Shown here: piece after piece, positions 59,313-64,000 of the stretch | Numbering within the stretch: position 1 is the first letter of the stretch | Layout of the letters: every line of letters begins with the position of its first letter | DNA from: Nemertoderma westbladi | Lineage: Eukaryota > Animalia > Xenacoelomorpha | DNA: 64,000 bases | Direction of reading: 5' to 3' | NCBI GenBank assembly: GCA_032718475.1 | Contig: JAUCBJ010008602.1 | Location: 35,976-99,975, forward strand | Notes under the pieces: model-generated | What the model was told of the DNA's origin: nothing | Databases searched by the model: none | The model's input: only the letters and a program-made list of their open reading frames with translations | Program-made: the position numbers and the translations under genes

Positions 59313-61569
59313 AGAAGTCTTTTCCCAAGTTTTATCCTATTTCACACACTACAATCTATCCTCTATCCAATGAAAAAAGTTTCAGATTAAACGGCCCTGT
59401 AGAACCGAAGTTATTTATGTTTAAAAATAGTCACTCGAAAATTTCAAATTCTCTTGGTCACATAGTCTGTAGTGGTTATCAATCACGTTAATGAAACCTA
59501 AGTTCGCGGGTTCGAAATCCAATATTGACCTGACCATTCTTAATTTTTTTGCAAAAAAAAATTATTTTTATTTTTTCACTAAAATCGCTCTAACTTCGGT
59601 TCTGGTGGTCCAAATTCAATAAAATTGGTATATTCTTTGCCGTAATTTTTTTCTTAATCTTTTGAGAAGGGGTTATTTTTGGCCCCAAAAAAATTAAAAA
59701 AAGGGCCAAAATAACGCGATATTTTTCGACCCTTAAAATTCGTAATTTTAATTATATATGTTAAGATAAAAGATAGCGGAGTTAATTTGATACTTTTTAC
59801 AGGTACTTTTGGCGCAATACGCTAAATTATAATGGAATAGCGATTTGTTAAAAAAAAAAATTTTTCGTCCCTTTTTCTAAATATTATATTTCACACGATC
59901 GCCTGCCGCTCCAGTTTTATAATACCTCCGGCGCTGTGATTAACGCTGTTAGATAGATAATTTAACGCACTATAAGTCTGTGTAAACAAATCTCCCGTAA
60001 GTTAAGTAGTTTTCGAGCTAGACGATTTCCCGCGAAGCAAGTTTGAAGCGCGAAATTATAGTTTTGGCCCTCATTTTTATAATATCATCCTTGGAGCAAA
60101 ACCGATCGCATATTTGAATTCCCCGTATGGATATTGACTGTATAGAATGTACCTTAACCAACTAAAGTTAAACATAAAAAATTATTCGATAAAAACTACT
60201 TTACAAATTCTGGCCCTTTTTGGCCCCTATTGCCGACATATTTTTTGTACCCCCATTCGATAGGAACGTAGCCCCAATGGTCTTCTACGAGTTTCATAAA
60301 AGAATTAGTGGATTCCTACCCGCGTTGTCGAATTAAACATTTCGGAAATAAGTTTTCCAAAAAAGACGGACAAAAACGTACAAATTTACAGCCCCTTTTT
60401 CCACCCGAAATTTTAATAAATATCTTACCCCCATTCGATACGAAGGTAGTACCACTCTTCCCCTTTCCAACCGCGTTACTTTCGTCCCCGTACGATTAAT
60501 ATTAGCCGAGTTATAGCGGATCCCGCAAAGTCATTTTGTCCGTTTTTTCAACTTTGACGGACATTTTCGGAAAAAAGGCGTGGTAATCTTTTTTGAAAAA
60601 AAAAACGAATTCACTAATTAATCCCTTCTATCGTATCCCGGCGTCGGCTAAGCAATAACCTAGGGTTTTTTCGAGCCACTGTAGAGCGCCTTTCAAACAA
60701 AAATTTTAAAATTGTCGAAAAAATGACGGATTTTTGTCCGCCGTGTCCGTCGAAGGGTTAGATTTAATAATGTTAGAGTTGCTAATATCTTAGAATTCCG
60801 AGCCGCTCCCCTGGTGAGAAAATAAAAAAATTTGGTCTGTTCCTTCATCGAAAAGTCCCCCAGAATCCCAAGTTAACCTATATAGTTAGCGATGGCCTGC
60901 GGCTTTAGGAGCGGCCGCGGTATTCACCTCCCTACATAGCGGCCGCGGCGGTGTTGCGTCAAATGGAGAAATATTTATCCCACCAAGTTTCGCTCTCAGT
61001 ATACCAAAATTTTCCAAAACTAATATTCAACAACATGTGGCAATTTGGTTTTAAAATAATGATATTGTTCTAGAATGATAGCTATTTTTCTAAAACATGT
61101 CAGTTTTAATTTAGCAGCGCTCCTATGGCAACAATTACTATATTCCAGAATTTTATGACACATGTAGAATTGTAAGACCAGTAGCTATCTTTTTCAGGAG
61201 ACCCGAAGAATTTATATTGAGTTCTTAGACTACTACATCATGTTTGTTATTTTGCCATCTCCATGACAACCAGTGATAACACCAAGTCAGCTACCGATTC
61301 AGATTTGTTATCATATCAAAATGAATGGCCAGAGGCTAGGTCTTCCCAAAAATACAAGTTCCAGATGGTTTCCAAAAATTATCCCCTATGCTGGCTGGCC
61401 CATGGACTACCAGAGGTAAGTTGAAGAGTGCGGCATTTTTAAGAGACACCACATCGACTCTATATAGTATAGGATGCCCGTTGCACTCACCCACTCGACT
61501 GTTGTATGGTTGACACTGTTGATGTATGTCCCAGTTCCGTTGGTAGCAGCCATGGGCTGGTGGCATTTC

Positions 61570-64000
61570 TTATGCCGAAACAAACTATGTTAGCATTCTG
61601 ACAGACAGCACCCTGTTCATCTCATGCTAATACCGCCCCAATACTCCCACAGAAGATCTTATTGATGTGATTCTGTCTGCACTCAACAGCACACCAGGAA
61701 AATATAATAGCCCTGTTATTATAGGTGGAGACTTCAATGCACGGTTCGACCAACCGGACAACCTCAAGGAATTCACCCATCTCTCAACGTTTAGGCGAGG
61801 AAGGAATATTCAATCAAAACGACCTATCCAAGCCGACTTATATGTGCCACAATGGTACAAGTATCATTGACATAATGTTTGCCAATATTCAACTAGTCTC
61901 ATCAACATACCCATCTCCTGGAATTCGGAAACATATCCCTGTTGTAATGAAATAGGAAGGCTCTTCAGAGTTGACAGACCCACCCCAACAGAACAACCGG
62001 AAACGGGGCTCTAACCTGGAGTCCTTGCGGCATGAACCCAGGCTGTCTGAAGTGGCAGCAATCCTTGACGATAAGGATGTCGATAATGCGTACCAGATTC
62101 TCACTGAAGCGATAAAGGACTCGGCTCCGCTAAAGTGCTCAAATAATTGTCAATCACAACCATGGTTTGATAAACAGTGCTACGATATGCGGCAAGAAAT
62201 CCTTTCACTCCACCATGATGCTAAAACGAATGCAGACCTACGGGGAACCCTCTGTCTTTGCAAAAGGAAATACATGGAACTTCAGCTAGAGAAACAAAAA
62301 ATGTATAATGAAAAAGTTGAGCTCAAACTCATAATGGAATCCGAGCAACATCCATTTAAATGGTGCAGTGACTTCCATCATCAACTCAGCTGTCCAGTTT
62401 ACCTTGAAAAATAGGATGGAGGAACATTTTGGTACTTGTTCTCATCCCTAGAACCAACAATGGAGCTAAACAGCTCTAGTGAGTTTATCTCTTCGGTGCC
62501 AGATGAGATTAACGATGAGTTCACCAAAGAAGAGGTAGCCTCTCAATTCAATAGCAGACCTAATGGAAAATCGAGTGGGCCAGACAACATCTCGTACGAG
62601 ACCTTGAAAGCTGCACTCCCTCTGACGATTCTCTTGTGGACCATGCTACTGAATGTCTGTTTCAAGGCCAGCAGGGGAGTAGAGTCCTGGATAGAGAGTA
62701 TTATGAAGGTCCTTTACAAGGGCAAGGGCCCTCGAGACTTACCTGACAAGTACAGAGGTATTGCACTCCTTCGAAACCCGTATAAGATTTTCTCTGGAAT
62801 AATAGAAAAGCGCATGCGTAAATGGCTCAATGAACACATCCCGCCCAATCAATATGGCTTTATGTGAGGAAAGTCAACAATAGAACTGCTAACCAATTTA
62901 ATAAACAGAGCTTCGGAGAACCTATCAACCCCACGGCTACCCCTCTATGTAGCATTTGTTAACTTTAGAAAGACCTTCTATAGCGTCCCCCGCCAATGGT
63001 TCCTAGACAAACTTTCAGCGATGTTCTCAATACGAGGTCGAATCTTCAAACTCCTTCGATGGATCATATATTCTAATCAGTCAAGATATCCGATGGTCTT
63101 TGCACAACAAACCCAATACCACAGTCTAGAGGTTTTCAACAGGGTGATGGCCTTAGTCCTTACCTATTCATCCTCTACATACTTGATCTGGGGTCATGGA
63201 TTAAAGAAGCTGCACTCAGCATCATAACCCATTTCTTCGCTGATGATGTCGTGTTCTACACTGATTCCTGCAAAACACTCCACAGGGGACTTGATGCACT
63301 TTCTCAGTTGGTCCGCCCTAAATAGACTCGAAGTCAACCTCACAAAAACAGAGGTGAAAACACAGAACATTCCGACGAGGCTTGCTCGTCTTGCTCATGC
63401 CTTGCTCGTCCCGACTCCTTCAATAATCGCGGAATTCGACTCAATATCACTAATACATATCTCGGAGTGACCATAACACCGACTCTATCATTCTCGAAGC
63501 ACATCTCAATCAAAACCTGCAAAGCGTTAAAGGGAATCCATTCAATTCAAAATCCTCGCTCGCCTCTCACTTAAAACAGCAGCCAAACTGTTTGTATCAA
63601 AATAAGACCAATAATTAGTTACGCCATTCAAATATACTGGATACACCTCACTCCAACAAACTTTGAAAAATTATACAAAATTAAAGCGGTTTACATTAAA
63701 CGCTGCATGGGTCTCCATAAATCGACACAAAACCGACTTGCTCTCGCCCTTCATCTACAGGAACACTTATGTGTCGAATCTCAGGTTACATTAAATCTGC
63801 CCAGAACATTTGGCCTATGAACAATACGTCGAACTCCAAGAGATTAAAATAGCCGAAATTCCTCCTGAATTCTGGCAATCACCGGGTTTTACAAACAGAA
63901 GCTGGACAGAGTCCAACCAACCGCTGGACAAAGTCCAACGTGACATGTTGCCATGGGTTCCACAACTTAATTTGTTGTACGACGGGATATCACGGTGTTC
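61570..64000 (+). mobile_element. Degenerate LINE ORF2 (APE endonuclease + RT)
   Basis: PVIIGGDFNAR, PTYMCHNGTSIIDIMF, GKSSGPDNI, YRGIALL, NQYGF, QGDGLSPYLF and FFADD, broken by many stops and frameshifts. Confidence 0.88.

Overview
AT-rich eukaryotic (probably invertebrate animal) DNA dominated by transposable elements. It holds three copies of one BEL/Pao LTR retrotransposon family. The first is an internally deleted reverse copy (1625-7408, AATAC TSD) that splits a LINE. The second is a 5'-truncated Gag-protease derivative (about 23611-33114). The third is a full-length 16.3-kb copy (37920-54198, 1147-bp LTRs, CCCCT TSD). The family is unusual in four ways. (i) It has no tRNA-type PBS, but the 12 nt after the 5' LTR are exactly complementary to a site inside the LTR, which is Tf1-like self-priming geometry. 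(ii) It carries two non-env accessory ORFs after pol. (iii) It has a duplicated hairpin/pseudoknot-like module before those ORFs. (iv) Two copies share the same RT/RNase H deletion, pointing to a non-autonomous lineage. The only clear host gene is a dynamin/Mx-like GTPase exon (35383-37590, minus), whose P-loop exon I could not find. Also present: a decayed DEDDy exonuclease/zinc-knuckle ORF downstream of a covarying hairpin array, an IS3EU-like transposase fragment, two LINEs, several satellites, and an insertion with seven CTCF-like motifs spaced about 146 bp apart. All calls come from reading the sequence by eye; no database searches were run.
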